A stretch of DNA of 64,000 nt from Selaginella moellendorffii (taxonomy: Eukaryota; Plantae; Lycopodiophyta), in NCBI RefSeq assembly GCF_000143415.4, contig NW_003314304.1:573587-637586 (forward strand), given 5' to 3'. Shown here piece after piece: positions 63,627-64,000 of the stretch (positions within the stretch are counted from its first letter, which is position 1; every line of letters starts with the position of its first letter). The notes beneath the pieces are model-generated. The model searched no databases. It had not been told where the DNA came from and worked only from the letters and a program-made list of their open reading frames with translations. Made by a program: the position numbers and the translations under genes.

Positions 63627-64000
63627 ATGGGTCATAGCAAAGAATTAGTTGTAGAACTCCCAAGGGTAATGAAAGTGGAGAAGATTTTATTCTCTTCCAA
63701 CACCAACAATCTAGAGTGTGAAGTATTTGGGAAAGAGGATCAAGACGGAGAGTGGATGTTTTTGGGTAAAACAGGTCGAGAAGCAAGATTCAAGCTCACC
63801 AAGCTGAGATTCATCCTTGTCAAACCTCTCTCTGGATTTGAGGTATCTACGATTGTGAGTTTTTATAGCAAGGACAATGCCCAGAAGCCTGTGGAGGAGT
63901 TAGAGTTGAAATACATTAATCCTCAAAAGGTGGACTATCAAAATCCTTTTAAAGTTGGCCAGCTTTCCAAGGACACTCTTGTCACGAAAGCAATTGTTCG
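63627..64000 (+). CDS. Orphan protein paralog B2, 5' part (truncated by window end)
   Basis: ATG at 63627, MGHSKELVVELPRVMKVEKILFSSNTNN..., open to the end of the window, TATATAA upstream. Confidence 0.8.
   Translation, partial: MGHSKELVVELPRVMKVEKILFSSNTNNLECEVFGKEDQDGEWMFLGKTGREARFKLTKLRFILVKPLSGFEVSTIVSFYSKDNAQKPVEELELKYINPQKVDYQNPFKVGQLSKDTLVTKAIV

Larger units (their letters stand above)
30312..64000 (+). repeat. Large direct duplication, unit 2, with an extra ~11 kb block at about 47060-59260; runs off the window
   Basis: Colinear with 1-22900 apart from the extra block. Confidence 0.93.

Overview
Eukaryotic land-plant genomic DNA, most likely a lycophyte such as Selaginella (inferred from dense PLS-type PPR remnants, ~50-60 bp introns and family-1 UGTs; not confirmed). 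The window is one large direct duplication: unit 1 is about 1-30311 and unit 2 is about 30312-64000, with ~11 kb of extra sequence at about 47-59 kb. Each unit carries a decayed Ty3/gypsy chromovirus with a related non-coding LTR element nested in its 3' LTR, a mosaic of PPR, NYN-domain and UGT fragments, and a pseudogene of a fungal/oomycete-type (Crinkler/CR-like) P-loop NTPase protein. The only clearly intact genes form a repeated two-gene module. It consists of an intronless, TATA-preceded ~240-aa orphan gene with an internal two-fold beta-rich repeat and a cationic amphipathic tail (4 copies, one cut by the window end), followed ~0.3 kb downstream by a UDP-glycosyltransferase (2 intact copies, 1 pseudogene). 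Unit 2 also holds a complete TRIM with a target-site duplication, 5S-rRNA-derived Cassandra-like LTR fragments and nested gypsy relics. Many coordinates of decayed elements are approximate. All family assignments are by eye, without database searches.
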